DNA of 64,000 bases from Clostridia bacterium. Lineage in GTDB: Bacteria > Bacillota > Clostridia > Oscillospirales > CAG-272. The DNA is taken from contig JAFWYJ010000040.1 of the NCBI GenBank assembly GCA_017517745.1, positions 84,203 to 148,202 of the forward strand. The letters run 5' to 3'. Made by a program: the position numbers and the translations under genes. The notes under the pieces were generated by a model. The model had not been told where the DNA came from. It made no database searches and worked only from the letters and a program-made list of their open reading frames with translations. This document shows, one piece after another, positions 8,485-18,261 of the stretch. Numbering within the stretch: position 1 is the first letter of the stretch; each line of letters starts with the position of its first letter.

Positions 8485-9102
8485 TCAGTAAATAACGAGA
8501 TCCAGCGCGTCGCCAAGGCGGGCGGCGTTGCCGTGTCCCGGATAGATGGTCAGATTTTGGGGAAGCGCGCGCATCTGCCGGAGGGAATGGAACAGCACCG
8601 AGGCGTCGCCTCCGTAAAGATCATAACGCCCGTAGCCCTCCGCGAAGAGTGTGTCTCCGGTCAGAAGAAACTCTCCGTTGCAGTCAAAGCAGACAGAGCC
8701 GGCAGAGTGTCCCGGCGTTGCGATCACGCGGATGGATTCCTCGCCCAAGGTGAGAATTTCACCGTCGGAAAAGGTCTCGTCGGGCGCGCGGTAGCTGCGC
8801 TCCATGCGGAAAAAGGTGTAAAAGGCGTTTTTGTGCGCGTCGGTCAGCATGCCCGCGTCGTCTCTGTGGATCAGAACAGGCGCGCCCGTCGCGTCGCGAA
8901 GCGTATCGACCGAAACGATGTGATCGAAGTGTCCGTGCGTGAGTAGGATCATTTCCAGCCTCGCGCCCGCCATTTTGACGGCGTTGAGGATGGTTTTTGC
9001 ATCGGCACTGGGATCGACCACCGCCGCGTGCTCGCCAACCGTCAACAGATAGCAGTTGGAGCCCCACGAGCCGGGATAAAGATTTTCGATTTGCAACGTC
9101 AC
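8485..9102 (-). CDS. MBL-fold metallo-hydrolase (glyoxalase II-like)
   Basis: ORF 8485..9120. LLTHGHFDH metal motif and TPGHSAGS. Start is uncertain (GTG 9102, GTG 9114 or TTG 9120). Confidence 0.8.
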   Translation of the reverse strand: MTLQIENLYPGSWGSNCYLLTVGEHAAVVDPSADAKTILNAVKMAGARLEMILLTHGHFDHIVSVDTLRDATGAPVLIHRDDAGMLTDAHKNAFYTFFRMERSYRAPDETFSDGEILTLGEESIRVIATPGHSAGSVCFDCNGEFLLTGDTLFAEGYGRYDLYGGDASVLFHSLRQMRALPQNLTIYPGHGNAARLGDALDLVIY

Positions 9103-9204
9103 ACCGCCCCTCACACACAATAATACATTTTATTATACCACAATTTTTTCGGCTTGTCTACTGCTTTTTATAAAAAAGCAGAGAAAAAACTTTTTGTATT
9201 GCTA

Positions 9205-9233
9205 TTGACTTTCTACGCCGGATATGCTATAAT
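9205..9233 (+). promoter_or_regulatory. Sigma-A type promoter of the ytrA-like operon
   Basis: TTGACT 9205-9210, 17-nt spacer, TATAAT 9228-9233. Confidence 0.75.
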
Positions 9234-9269
9234 CTGATTAGTACAGTTCATACAGATTGGAGTGGTCGA

Positions 9270-9614
9270 ATGAAATGGAATTTTTCGGGGGAACGTGACG
9301 TTTACCTGGAGATCGCGGAGCAATACAAAAAATACGTTTCCTTGGGACTGCTTCTTCCGGGAGAGCGTCTCCCATCGGTTCGCACGGCGGCGATCGAGCT
9401 TGGTGTCAATCCCAACACCGTGGCGCGCGCCTATTCGCTTTTGGAGGAAGAGGGCGTGGTGACCTCAATTCCCAAAAAGGGGATTTACGTCACCGACCGC
9501 GTGTCCGAGGATCATGACGAGGAAAAGAGGCTTTTGAGCGCCTTGCGCGAAAAAGGCATTTCAAAAGAGGTTTTACTGAATTGGATTGAGGAGGTGTATG
9601 AGAAGCATGATTGA
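9270..9614 (+). CDS. GntR family transcriptional regulator, YtrA subfamily
   Basis: 114 aa. LPSVRTAAIELGVNPNTVARAY winged-HTH. Short C-terminus. Followed by ABC ATPase and permease, as in ytrABC-type operons. Confidence 0.85.
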   Translation: MKWNFSGERDVYLEIAEQYKKYVSLGLLLPGERLPSVRTAAIELGVNPNTVARAYSLLEEEGVVTSIPKKGIYVTDRVSEDHDEEKRLLSALREKGISKEVLLNWIEEVYEKHD

Positions 9615-10488
9615 AATCAAAAATCTGAGTCATTCCTTGGGCGAGAAGCAAGTGCTGAGCAACGTCAACCTGACGCTGAAGGAGGGCGGTGTGATGGGGC
9701 TTGTCGGCATCAACGGAGCCGGAAAAAGCACGCTTTTGCGCTTGATTGCCGGCGTTTACGTGCCGGATGCGGGAGAGATCGTTTGCGATGGAGCTTCTCT
9801 GCATAACGCCGTGGCGAGAAAGGATATTTTCTTCCTGTCGGACGATCCTTATTACACGATCTCTACCACCGGAAAAAGTTTGCTTCGCCTCTACCGTGTT
9901 TTTTATCCCCAATTGGACGTGGAGATCTTTCGTCGCTATATGAGCGAATTCGGGCTTGACGAGAAAAAGCCGATCCGCAATTTTTCCAAGGGGATGCGCC
10001 GCCAGCTCTACGTGGCGTTGGCGCTTTCCGTGCGCCCGAAATATCTGCTCTTGGACGAGGCGTTTGACGGGTTGGATCCCTTGGCTCGCCTGGCTTTTAA
10101 GCGCGCGATCAACCGCGCGGTGGAGGAGGACGGAACCGGCGTTCTGATTTCCAGCCATTCCTTGCGCGAGTTGGAGGATTTTTGCGATTGCTATGCGCTG
10201 ATCGACAACATGACGGTGGCGGATTCGGGTGATATTTCCGAGCATGTCAACCGTTTCTGCAAGTTTCAGCTCGCTTTTTTGGAGGAGTTTGACGAATCGA
10301 TCTTCGACGGTTTTCCCACGGCCTCGATCGAGAAGAGCGGTCGCTTTGTTCGTGTCGTTCTGCAGGGAAGGAGTGACGAAATGAGGCCCCTTTTGGAGGC
10401 ACTCCATCCCGCGATCTTCGAGGAAATGCCCATGGATTTTGAGGAAATGTTTATTTACGAGGTGGGAGAAAGGGGGTATCTGCAATGA
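9598..10488 (+). CDS. ABC transporter ATP-binding protein
   Basis: Walker A GINGAGKST, signature FSKGMRRQ, Walker B LLLDEAF. Start is ATG 9598 or 9607, after GGAGG. Confidence 0.9.
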   Translation: MRSMIEIKNLSHSLGEKQVLSNVNLTLKEGGVMGLVGINGAGKSTLLRLIAGVYVPDAGEIVCDGASLHNAVARKDIFFLSDDPYYTISTTGKSLLRLYRVFYPQLDVEIFRRYMSEFGLDEKKPIRNFSKGMRRQLYVALALSVRPKYLLLDEAFDGLDPLARLAFKRAINRAVEEDGTGVLISSHSLRELEDFCDCYALIDNMTVADSGDISEHVNRFCKFQLAFLEEFDESIFDGFPTASIEKSGRFVRVVLQGRSDEMRPLLEALHPAIFEEMPMDFEEMFIYEVGERGYLQ

Positions 10489-11453
10489 AGACGTTTGGTC
10501 GCTATTTGTCATATCGTTTGAGGCAATCTTGGATTCGGACGTTGATTTTTGCGGTGCTTTCCATCTCGTTGAGTCAATCGGTGATACGAAATGAATTGGA
10601 AAGCAGCTTTCCCGAATCAGGACTTTATATTCTTGCGATCATTTTGGGGATTTTTTGCACCGTGATCCCGATGCTGGAGCTTGGAGAATATAAAAACCGT
10701 CGGAATTTGGATGCTTTATATTCCTTCGCCATCAGCCGCAAAAAGCTGGCACTTTTGCACTATCTGAGCGGTTGGATCCAGGTGACCGTGATTTATACGG
10801 CAACCTATCTTTTCGCTTGCCTGACGCTTGTGACACATGATTCTCCGTTTCAGTTGATTTATCTGCTTCCGTATTATTTTCTGTCACTGTGTGTCGGATT
10901 GATCATGTATTCGTTTTTTCTGTTTTTCTTCGGAGAGGCGAACAGCGAGACGGACGGCGTGCTCTTTTGTGTGCTTGGAATCTTTTGGTTCAGCGCGATC
11001 GTGGGCTTGGGAGAGGAATTGTTGTTTGGAGCGGTTCGGTTCAGCAGACTTTGGGTATGGGTTTACGATCCGCTTGATTACTTGACCTCGCTCTTTGAAT
11101 ATTGGATTCATTCGCCGGAAACGATTTCTTGGGGGGCAGAAACGGCTTTGGAGGAATGGTATATGTTTATTCCTTGGGGCGCGATCGGCATTGCTTGCTC
11201 GGTTGGTTATTTTTTCACCTTTTCAAGGAAGCCCGCAGAAAAGAACGGCGATATTTCAAACTCTTGGTTTGGATATCGCACAATGATTCCCATTTACGGC
11301 TTTTTCTTGGCGAGCATCTCCTTAAAGTGGATTTTTGTCACGATTTTAATGCTTGCGGGCTATTTTATCTACCGGCGCTCCTTCAAGCTCAAGAAAAGCG
11401 ATCTGATCGTGTTGGGCGTCGCAATGCTTGCGGCAATGATCTTTGGAATATAG
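10485..11453 (+). CDS. Polytopic membrane protein, probable permease partner of the ABC ATPase
   Basis: 322 aa with multiple hydrophobic helices. ATGA overlap with the ATPase gene. Confidence 0.7.
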   Translation: MKTFGRYLSYRLRQSWIRTLIFAVLSISLSQSVIRNELESSFPESGLYILAIILGIFCTVIPMLELGEYKNRRNLDALYSFAISRKKLALLHYLSGWIQVTVIYTATYLFACLTLVTHDSPFQLIYLLPYYFLSLCVGLIMYSFFLFFFGEANSETDGVLFCVLGIFWFSAIVGLGEELLFGAVRFSRLWVWVYDPLDYLTSLFEYWIHSPETISWGAETALEEWYMFIPWGAIGIACSVGYFFTFSRKPAEKNGDISNSWFGYRTMIPIYGFFLASISLKWIFVTILMLAGYFIYRRSFKLKKSDLIVLGVAMLAAMIFGI

Positions 11454-11457
11454 AAAC

Positions 11458-11495
11458 AAAACAGGCGTTGTACCTTTTCGTACAACGCCTGTTTT
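11458..11495. terminator. Bidirectional intrinsic terminator between convergent genes
   Basis: 16-bp stem AAAACAGGCGTTGTAC / GTACAACGCCTGTTTT with A/T runs on both sides. Confidence 0.85.
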
Positions 11496-11504
11496 GATAT
11501 GGTT

Positions 11505-12599
11505 TTATACGTTGAATCGGAAGAAGACGATGTCTCCGTCCTGCATGACGTATTCCTTGCCCTCACTGCGGAGCAATCCAGCATCCTTGACGGCGTTCAT
11601 CGTGCCGTACTTTTGCAGATCGTCAAAAGCAACCACCTCCGCGCGGATGAAGCCTCTCTCGATGTCGGAGTGGATCTTGCCGGCAGCCTTGGGTGCTTTC
11701 GTACCTTTGCGGATCGTCCAAGCGCGACACTCGTCGGGGCCCGCGGTCAGGAAGCTGATCAGACCCAGAAGGGCATAGCTCGCCTTGATCAGACGGTCAA
11801 GACCGCTCTCTTCAATGCCGAGGTCGGAAAGGAACATTGTTTTTTCCTCGCCGGAAAGCTCGGCGATCTCCGCCTCGATCTGACAGCAGATCGGAATGAC
11901 CTGCGATTTTTCGGTCGCGGCGTAAGCCTTGAGCGCGGCGTAAGCCGCATTGTCGGTCGGCTCACTCGACGCCTCGTCCTCGCAGACGTTTGCCACGTAG
12001 ATGACCGGCTTGCGCGTCAGCAGGGGAGTGTCGTAGAGGCACGCTTCCTCGTCCTCGCTCAGGTCTACCGTACGCGCACATTTGCCCTCGGCAAGTGCCG
12101 CCATCAGCTTTTCAAAGACGGCAAGCTCGGCGCCAAACTTCTTGTCTGCCTTCATCGCCTTGCGCGTGCGGTCCATGCGACGCTCCAAGACCTCCATGTC
12201 GGCAAAGATCAATTCGAGATTGATGGTCTCCAGGTCGCGCATCGGGTCGATGTGACCGTCCACGTGAATGATGTTTTCGTCCTCAAAGCAACGGATGACG
12301 TGCAGAATGGCGTCCACCTCGCGAATGTTGGCAAGGAATTGGTTTCCCAAGCCCTCGCCCTTGGATGCGCCCTTGACCAAGCCCGCGATGTCAACGAATT
12401 CGATGACGGCGGGGGTGTATTTGTTGGGCTTGTGCATCTCGGCAAGAAAATCGAGACGGCTGTCAGGCACGGTCACCACGCCCACGTTGGGCTCAATGGT
12501 GCAGAAGGGATAGTTTGCGGATTCGGCTCCCGCGTTGGTCAACGCGTTGAAAAGCGTGCTTTTTCCAACGTTCGGAAGTCCTACGATACCAAGTTTCAT
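11505..12599 (-). CDS. ychF: Redox-regulated ATPase YchF
   Basis: [21 protein letters not shown]...[13 protein letters not shown]. 364 aa with TGS-type C-terminus. Confidence 0.95.
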   Translation of the reverse strand: MKLGIVGLPNVGKSTLFNALTNAGAESANYPFCTIEPNVGVVTVPDSRLDFLAEMHKPNKYTPAVIEFVDIAGLVKGASKGEGLGNQFLANIREVDAILHVIRCFEDENIIHVDGHIDPMRDLETINLELIFADMEVLERRMDRTRKAMKADKKFGAELAVFEKLMAALAEGKCARTVDLSEDEEACLYDTPLLTRKPVIYVANVCEDEASSEPTDNAAYAALKAYAATEKSQVIPICCQIEAEIAELSGEEKTMFLSDLGIEESGLDRLIKASYALLGLISFLTAGPDECRAWTIRKGTKAPKAAGKIHSDIERGFIRAEVVAFDDLQKYGTMNAVKDAGLLRSEGKEYVMQDGDIVFFRFNV

Positions 12600-12754
12600 G
12601 TTTTCTGTGTCTCCTTTATCTCAAGGGCTTTTTTAACTTAACTTATATATTATATCACACAATTTTCCTTATTTCAATACTTCTTTTTTATTTTATTTGC
12701 GAATTTGAGGCAAAAAAATCTTCTCGGCAGACGTTGGAGACGTAAAAAAATTCC

Positions 12755-12783
12755 TTGACACGAATGATAAGGTTTGATATAAT
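12755..12783 (+). promoter_or_regulatory. Sigma-A type promoter (extended -10) for the GH36 gene
   Basis: TTGACA 12755-12760, 17-nt spacer, TGaTATAAT ending at 12783. Confidence 0.7.
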
Positions 12784-12852
12784 GAAACCGTAACCGAAGC
12801 AAACGGAGAAGCATTTCTTGATTCTGTCTCAACCAAAAGGAGGACTTGTAAG

Positions 12853-14831
12853 ATGGATTTTTTGAAAAGCAACCGAAGATTTTCGTTCAAGCTTGACGGC
12901 GTAGCCGTTGCGGAGATCCCATGCTTATCGGAAAGCATTGAGAACGGAGACGAGCTTTGTAGCGTATACCAATTTGAGGGCGGGCTCATGCTGACCAACA
13001 AGGCGAAAAAAATAGCGGGCTACGACGCTTACGAGTGGGTGAATTACCTTGAAAACACGTCGTCCGAGCCCACCGGAATCATCTCCGAGCTTTGGGATGC
13101 CGACATCACTCTGCCTATCGCGCACGAGGAAGCCAAGAAATGGCAGGCAAAATTCCCCGATCCCCAAAAGGACACACTGCTCATCGCTCCCAACGGCTCA
13201 GATTGGTTGCACTTGGAATTTTATTGTGACACCGAAAAATTCGTCAACAACGATCGCGTGAACCACCTTTTTGTGGGAAAAACGAAAAAATATGCTCCCA
13301 TTGGCGGAAGATCCAGTGAGGGAAACGCCCCCTTCTTCAATCTGCATAAGATGGGCGCGGGATATATTTTTGCGGTCGGCTGGACGGGGCAGTGGAATGC
13401 CGAATTTTCCCGTTCGGAGAATCACGTCACCTTCCGATCCGGCATTGAAAATACGCATTTTCGACTGTTGCCCGGCGAGAGGGTGCGTACCTCGTCGGTC
13501 GTCGTAATGAAATATGAGGGTGACGTCGTTTCCTCGCAAAACAAATGGCGCAGACTGGTCAAAGAGCACTATTCGCAGATCGGCAGTCGGGGAAAACCGC
13601 AATATGCGCCCTTCTGTGCCTCGGTTTGGGGCGGTCTGGAATCAAAAAAGGTCATCGAAAGAATTGATCTGATCAAGAAGAACGAGCTTCCCTTCGAATA
13701 TATCTGGATGGATGCAGGATGGTACGGAGAGACGACCATGCCCACGTTCGATGAATTTGAGGGCGATTGGGCAAGACATACGGGCGAGTGGTGTGTTTCG
13801 CCGCATATTCACCCAACGGGCTACATGACGTTGCAAAGGCGGTACACGACGCGGGAATGAAATTTCTTTTGTGGTTCGAGCCCGAACGGGTTATTGAGGG
13901 AACGTCTCATCAAAAAGCCCATCCCGCGCTTTATCTTGAGCGCTACTCACGCTCCGCAGGAAAATTAGACTCCACAAAGCTTCTCAACCTCGGAAACGAA
14001 GAGGCTTGGCAATATTGCTATGATACCGTGTCCGGTATGATCCGTGATATTGGTATCGATTGCTACCGACAGGACTTCAATTTTTCGCCTCTTTCGTATT
14101 GGCGCTATCAGGAGGCAGAGGATCGACAGGGAATCAACGAGATCAAGCATATCAACGGACTTTACCGCTTCTGGGATGCGCTTTTGGAGGAGTTTCCGCA
14201 TCTTGTCATCGACAACTGTGCCTCCGGTGGCAGACGCATCGACATCGAAACGCTTCGCCGCAGCGTCCCTCTTTGGAGGAGCGATTTTCAGTGTCCCGCA
14301 AATCATGATATGATCGGCGCGCAAGCCCACCATATGTGCTTCAATTCCTGGATGCCGTATTCGGGAACCGGAAGCGGAAGAGTTTATGACGAGAGTTATC
14401 CGCGAAGCACCTATGACAGCGCGTTTTGCATGGGATATTTCTTCTCGGCAAAAGAAGATGACGAAACAATCCTTGAAAATATGGATTTTCTCAAAAAGTA
14501 CGCCGAGGAATATCTCACGCTTCGCCCCTATTTTTCGGAGGATTTTTACCCATTGACTGAGGTCAGCGCGGCTCCCGACGCATGGGCGGCATCGCAGTTT
14601 GACAGACCGAGCGAGGGCGACGGCATCGTGCAGGTGTTCAAAAGAGAAAAATCTCCCTATGAGACCGCGAGATTCCGTCTGCGCGCGATCGATGCCGCGC
14701 GTGACTACCTGATCACCGACCTCGACGGCGGTGAATTTGTTGTCAGTGGCAAGGAATTGTGCGAAAAGGGCTTTTCCGTGACGCTGGAAGAAGCACCTCG
14801 GGCAAAGATATTCAAGTATGGAAAAATATAA
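12853..14831 (+). pseudogene. GH36-like alpha-galactosidase, split by a frameshift into ORFs 12853..13860 and 13767..14831
   Basis: ORF1 ends ...YIWMDAGWYGE...GDWARHTGEW. ORF2, in another frame, continues ...SPNGLHDVAKAVHDAGMKFLLWFEPERV, then CYRQDFN, DNCASGGRRID, LWRSDF. The join reconstitutes one ~660-aa enzyme. Confidence 0.75.
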
Positions 14832-14945
14832 AGAGCAGTCGGAGTCGAATTGAATTTGTGATAGTATATAAAGTATCAAAAGTCCTGCAGAGGACGAACA
14901 CAGAGCACAATTTTTGTGTTCTTGGTTTAATTGGAGGAATGTGGA

Positions 14946-15971
14946 ATGAGAAAAATTCGTATTGCGCAGATTGGCATGAACCGTTACAGCCATGCTCCCG
15001 AAATTTTCACAACGTTAAAGCTGCATCCGGAGATTTTCGAACTTGTTGGCTATGCGCTTGTTGAGGATGAGCATGAGACCTGTGCGAAAAAGCTAAACGT
15101 CTTCGAGGGATATCCGGAGCTCACCGTTAATGAAATACTGAACGATCCCACCATCGAGGCTGTTGCCGTTGAGACCGACGAGATCCACCTACTGAAATAT
15201 GCACAAATGGCGGCAGATGCGGGCAAGCATATCCACATGGAAAAACCGGGAAGTCAAAATCTTGTGGATTTCGAACGGCTCATAGAAACCATGAAAAACA
15301 GCAAAAAGGTGTTTCACACGGGCTATATGTACCGCTACAATCCCATGATCGCCAAAGCAATCGAAAGGGCAAGGGCGGGAGAGCTCGGTACGGTCTACAG
15401 TGTCGAGGCGCATATGAGCCGACTGGACGGCAGACATACAAGAGAGTGGTTTGGAAGCTTTCGGGGCGGAATGATGTTCTACCTCGGCTGTCATCTGATT
15501 GACCTTGTGGTGCAGATACAAGGATTTCCGAACAAGATCATTCCCCTCAACACGCAAACGGGGATTGGCGGCGTGCATACGGAGGACTTGGGATTTGCGG
15601 TTTTGCAGTACGAAAACGGAATATCGGTCGTTCGCATGGGGGGAACGGAGGTTGGCGGCTTTGAGCGCAGACAGCTTGTGATATGCGGATCGAAAAGCAC
15701 CTTGGAAATAAGACCTCTTGAAAAAACGATACCGAAAGCGGCGATTGGGAAAGAATATATGATGATTACCGGGCAACGAGAGTGCGCGCTCCGTGAGAGC
15801 GGCGAGTGCCAAACGACCGAGTGCGAGAGCGCTCCTTTCCAACGTTACGAAAATATGCTGCTTGCTTTTGCGGAAATGGTACGCGGCAACAAAGAAAATC
15901 CGTATACGCTCGATTACGAGCTCGAGCTGTTCCGAACGCTGATGAAATGCTGCGGTGTTGCAGAAGCATAA
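14946..15971 (+). CDS. Gfo/Idh/MocA family oxidoreductase
   Basis: MRKIRIAQIGMNRYSHA Rossmann N-terminus and HIHMEKPGS (EKP motif). GGAGG 8 nt upstream of ATG 14946. Confidence 0.85.
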   Translation: MRKIRIAQIGMNRYSHAPEIFTTLKLHPEIFELVGYALVEDEHETCAKKLNVFEGYPELTVNEILNDPTIEAVAVETDEIHLLKYAQMAADAGKHIHMEKPGSQNLVDFERLIETMKNSKKVFHTGYMYRYNPMIAKAIERARAGELGTVYSVEAHMSRLDGRHTREWFGSFRGGMMFYLGCHLIDLVVQIQGFPNKIIPLNTQTGIGGVHTEDLGFAVLQYENGISVVRMGGTEVGGFERRQLVICGSKSTLEIRPLEKTIPKAAIGKEYMMITGQRECALRESGECQTTECESAPFQRYENMLLAFAEMVRGNKENPYTLDYELELFRTLMKCCGVAEA

Positions 15972-16053
15972 GATCATTCCGCCTTGCGGAACGCGTTGCT
16001 CTAAAAACGAAAGCACCTCTTTCTGCGTACCTGCCATAGAGCAGGTACGCAAC

Positions 16054-16229
16054 GAAATTTGCCCTTCCGGGCAAGTGAAATCGCCTCGCGGTGAAATATT
16101 TGCTCCGCAAATGTGAAATATCCGCTTGCGCGGACGTGGGCAAATTTCATTTCACATCGAGCATGGCGAGATATTTCACAATGTGCGGTAGCACATTATT
16201 TCACGTTTTGCAAAAGCAAAACATTTCAC
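16054..16229. repeat. Array of three GTGAAAT and four ATTTCAC heptamers with an 11-bp inverted repeat
   Basis: GTGAAAT at 16075, 16091, 16113. ATTTCAC at 16149, 16173, 16198, 16223 (24-25 bp spacing). GAAATTTGCCC 16054-16064 / GGGCAAATTTC 16138-16148. Confidence 0.8.
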
Positions 16230-16267
16230 TATATGCATTTGTGTCTTCAAATGCAGTGCTTGTCAAG

Positions 16268-16308
16268 AAAAAAGGACGAGGAATTTTTGCAATTCTTCGT
16301 CCTTTTCC
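16268..16308. terminator. Bidirectional terminator hairpin
   Basis: 14-bp stem AAGGACGAGGAATT / AATTCTTCGTCCTT flanked by an A-run and a T-run. Confidence 0.75.
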
Positions 16309-16396
16309 TGTTGGTAGGTGTTTTGATTTTTATACTGCTCTATCGCAGATCCACTTCGAAGTGCTTTCGTTTTTGTATTGTCTTGAAAACAGACGT

Positions 16397-17356
16397 TTAA
16401 AATTGTCCGAGTGCCTTTATTTTTTCAAGCTCACGCTTGATTCCTTCCTCAACAGGGGCAAAATCCTGCTTCGAAAGTCCCGTTACACGCAGGATTTTGG
16501 AGCAATCAACGTCGCGATCAAATCTTCTGTCATATTTCCACATCCAAGGATTGTTTGCGATCCTGGAAGACTGATTGGAAACGTATTCTTCCTCACTGCA
16601 CCAGCGAATTTTGACGCCTGTCAGCCGACTGTATTGTTCGGCAACCTCTCCCCACGTCAAGCCGTGACCGGAATAAACGGTAAAGGCTTCTCCGATCGCA
16701 TCCTTTTTGAAAAGCAAATGCGCGATCAGCTTGCCGGAGTTTCCCGCCCAATCAACGCCCGCCGAATAATCCTTTACAAAGCTCGGCAGGAGCATTTCCT
16801 CGTTGCGCTTGGCATATTTTAATACGTCTTTTCCGGAATAAAGCAACAGATCCAAGCGTTTGTTCGAGAAAGAAATGACAGGGCGAACGATCGTCCACGG
16901 CTCACCCGCGTGTTCTTGTCTTAAATAGTCTTCGCATTTTGCTTTGGGAAGCGCATAGTCTTCTTTTGCAAAAAATTCCCGATCATCCAGAACGTCCGCC
17001 AGCCTCGGCGCGTCCTCTGTTATGGGGTGCTGCTCGTTCGCATAGACTCTGTATGACGAAAGAAAGATCAGATGATCGGTGTGAGAGATGAGAAGGGGAT
17101 AGACCTTGTCGTATGATTCAACTTCCGTATAGTGAATGAAATCAATGATTCCGTCGTAGTGGTTTTTGGAAAACAGATCCGTCAAAAGCGCCTCTGTCAC
17201 CAAGCTTTGATGAAACGTAAGGCGTTCGTGATCCGACGTCTTTTCTTCGGGGCAAATGACTTCGACAAAAGCGCCGAGGCGAAGAAGCTCTTCCGAGACG
17301 TATGTGCCGAGCGTACCTCCGCCCGCAATCAGCAATACTCGTTTGTTTGAATACAT
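16397..17356 (-). CDS. NAD-dependent epimerase/dehydratase family protein
   Basis: MYSNKRVLLIAGGGTLGTYV Rossmann motif. AAGGAGAG RBS before ATG 17356 (ORF track start is 17398). Confidence 0.75.
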   Translation of the reverse strand: MYSNKRVLLIAGGGTLGTYVSEELLRLGAFVEVICPEEKTSDHERLTFHQSLVTEALLTDLFSKNHYDGIIDFIHYTEVESYDKVYPLLISHTDHLIFLSSYRVYANEQHPITEDAPRLADVLDDREFFAKEDYALPKAKCEDYLRQEHAGEPWTIVRPVISFSNKRLDLLLYSGKDVLKYAKRNEEMLLPSFVKDYSAGVDWAGNSGKLIAHLLFKKDAIGEAFTVYSGHGLTWGEVAEQYSRLTGVKIRWCSEEEYVSNQSSRIANNPWMWKYDRRFDRDVDCSKILRVTGLSKQDFAPVEEGIKRELEKIKALGQF

Positions 17357-17375
17357 GATCAATCTCTCCTTGTTG

Positions 17376-18233
17376 TTATTTTTCATTATCGAAGCCAAAG
17401 ATCCGTTTCATGGATGCGGCGGTGTTTTTGATCTGCTGATCGTTGTAGTATTGATAGGGCGTGGTTTCGGCAAGGCAGTAGCCGTCAAAGCCGATCTCGC
17501 GGAGAGCCTTTTCCACTGCGGGGAAATTGACGTCGCCCGCCAGAAGATCGACGTAGCTGTTCCGTCCGCCGGGGTAGTAGCGGTAGTCCTTGACGTGCAC
17601 CGTGGCGATTCGCTCCTTTCCCAGAATGCGGATCCAATCCTCCGGATAGCCGAAGGGGATCGCGTTTCCGACGTCCAGGCAAGCCTTGACACAAGGGGAA
17701 TTGACCTCGTCCAAAAAGCCTCTGAATTCGAGGGGAGAGAGCAAAAATTTGATCCACCAATTTTCAATGGCAATGTTGACGCCTGCCTGCTCGGCGTATT
17801 CCTTGAGGCGCATCATGCCCTCCAGGGCGCGCCGGTAGGCAGTCTCGTAAGGAACGATCTCGGCTTCGGGGGTGATATCCTCACGCCCGACAACGCCCGC
17901 AAAGGTCAGGATATTTTTCGCGCCCAGCTCGGCGGCGCGGTCGATCAGTCTGCGCAGGGTGTCAAAGGCGTATTGACGCTTGACGGGATCGTTGTCGCTC
18001 AATTTTCCCTTATAGCGGCTTCCCGCATAGAGAATGCTGCAAATTTCAATTTCATAGGCGCGCGAGAGATCTTTTGCCGTTTGAACATCTCGCTCGGAAC
18101 CCGAAAGTCCGACGATGCCGTCGTCCGTGATCGCCGCCTCGTATGCGGTAAATCCCACCTCGTGGATCTGTCGAAAGACCTCCTCCAGCGGAGTGGTGGG
18201 GTGAAAGCTTGAAAAGTTAAATCCGAATTTCAT
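17376..18233 (-). CDS. Sugar phosphate isomerase/epimerase (xylose isomerase-like TIM barrel)
   Basis: ORF 17376..18419; start chosen at MKFGFNFSS (18233), after GAGGT. AIENWW...LDVGN...VHVKD pattern of the AP-endonuclease-2/TIM barrel family. Confidence 0.8.
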   Translation of the reverse strand: MKFGFNFSSFHPTTPLEEVFRQIHEVGFTAYEAAITDDGIVGLSGSERDVQTAKDLSRAYEIEICSILYAGSRYKGKLSDNDPVKRQYAFDTLRRLIDRAAELGAKNILTFAGVVGREDITPEAEIVPYETAYRRALEGMMRLKEYAEQAGVNIAIENWWIKFLLSPLEFRGFLDEVNSPCVKACLDVGNAIPFGYPEDWIRILGKERIATVHVKDYRYYPGGRNSYVDLLAGDVNFPAVEKALREIGFDGYCLAETTPYQYYNDQQIKNTAASMKRIFGFDNEK

Positions 18234-18261
18234 ACGAATACCTCGTTGTTTGATTACATTT

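Noticed and set aside
5081-8491. 1136-aa plus-strand ORF spanning the glnS and gltX region
   Set aside because: It is antisense to two unmistakable aminoacyl-tRNA synthetase genes. The sequence is low-complexity and rich in G, V, R and D, typical of a shadow ORF on the complement of GC3-rich genes. It has no RBS or family motifs.
8468-9269. Searched for a T-box or other leader upstream of gltX/glnS
   Set aside because: gltX is only 17 nt downstream of the MBL hydrolase gene. The 150-nt region upstream of that operon holds just divergent promoters, leaving no room for a specifier or antiterminator structure.
16091-16822. 243-aa plus-strand ORF (and 16113..16400)
   Set aside because: It begins inside the heptamer repeat array and runs antisense into the epimerase gene. 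It has no RBS, crosses a terminator hairpin, and reads as low-complexity sequence.
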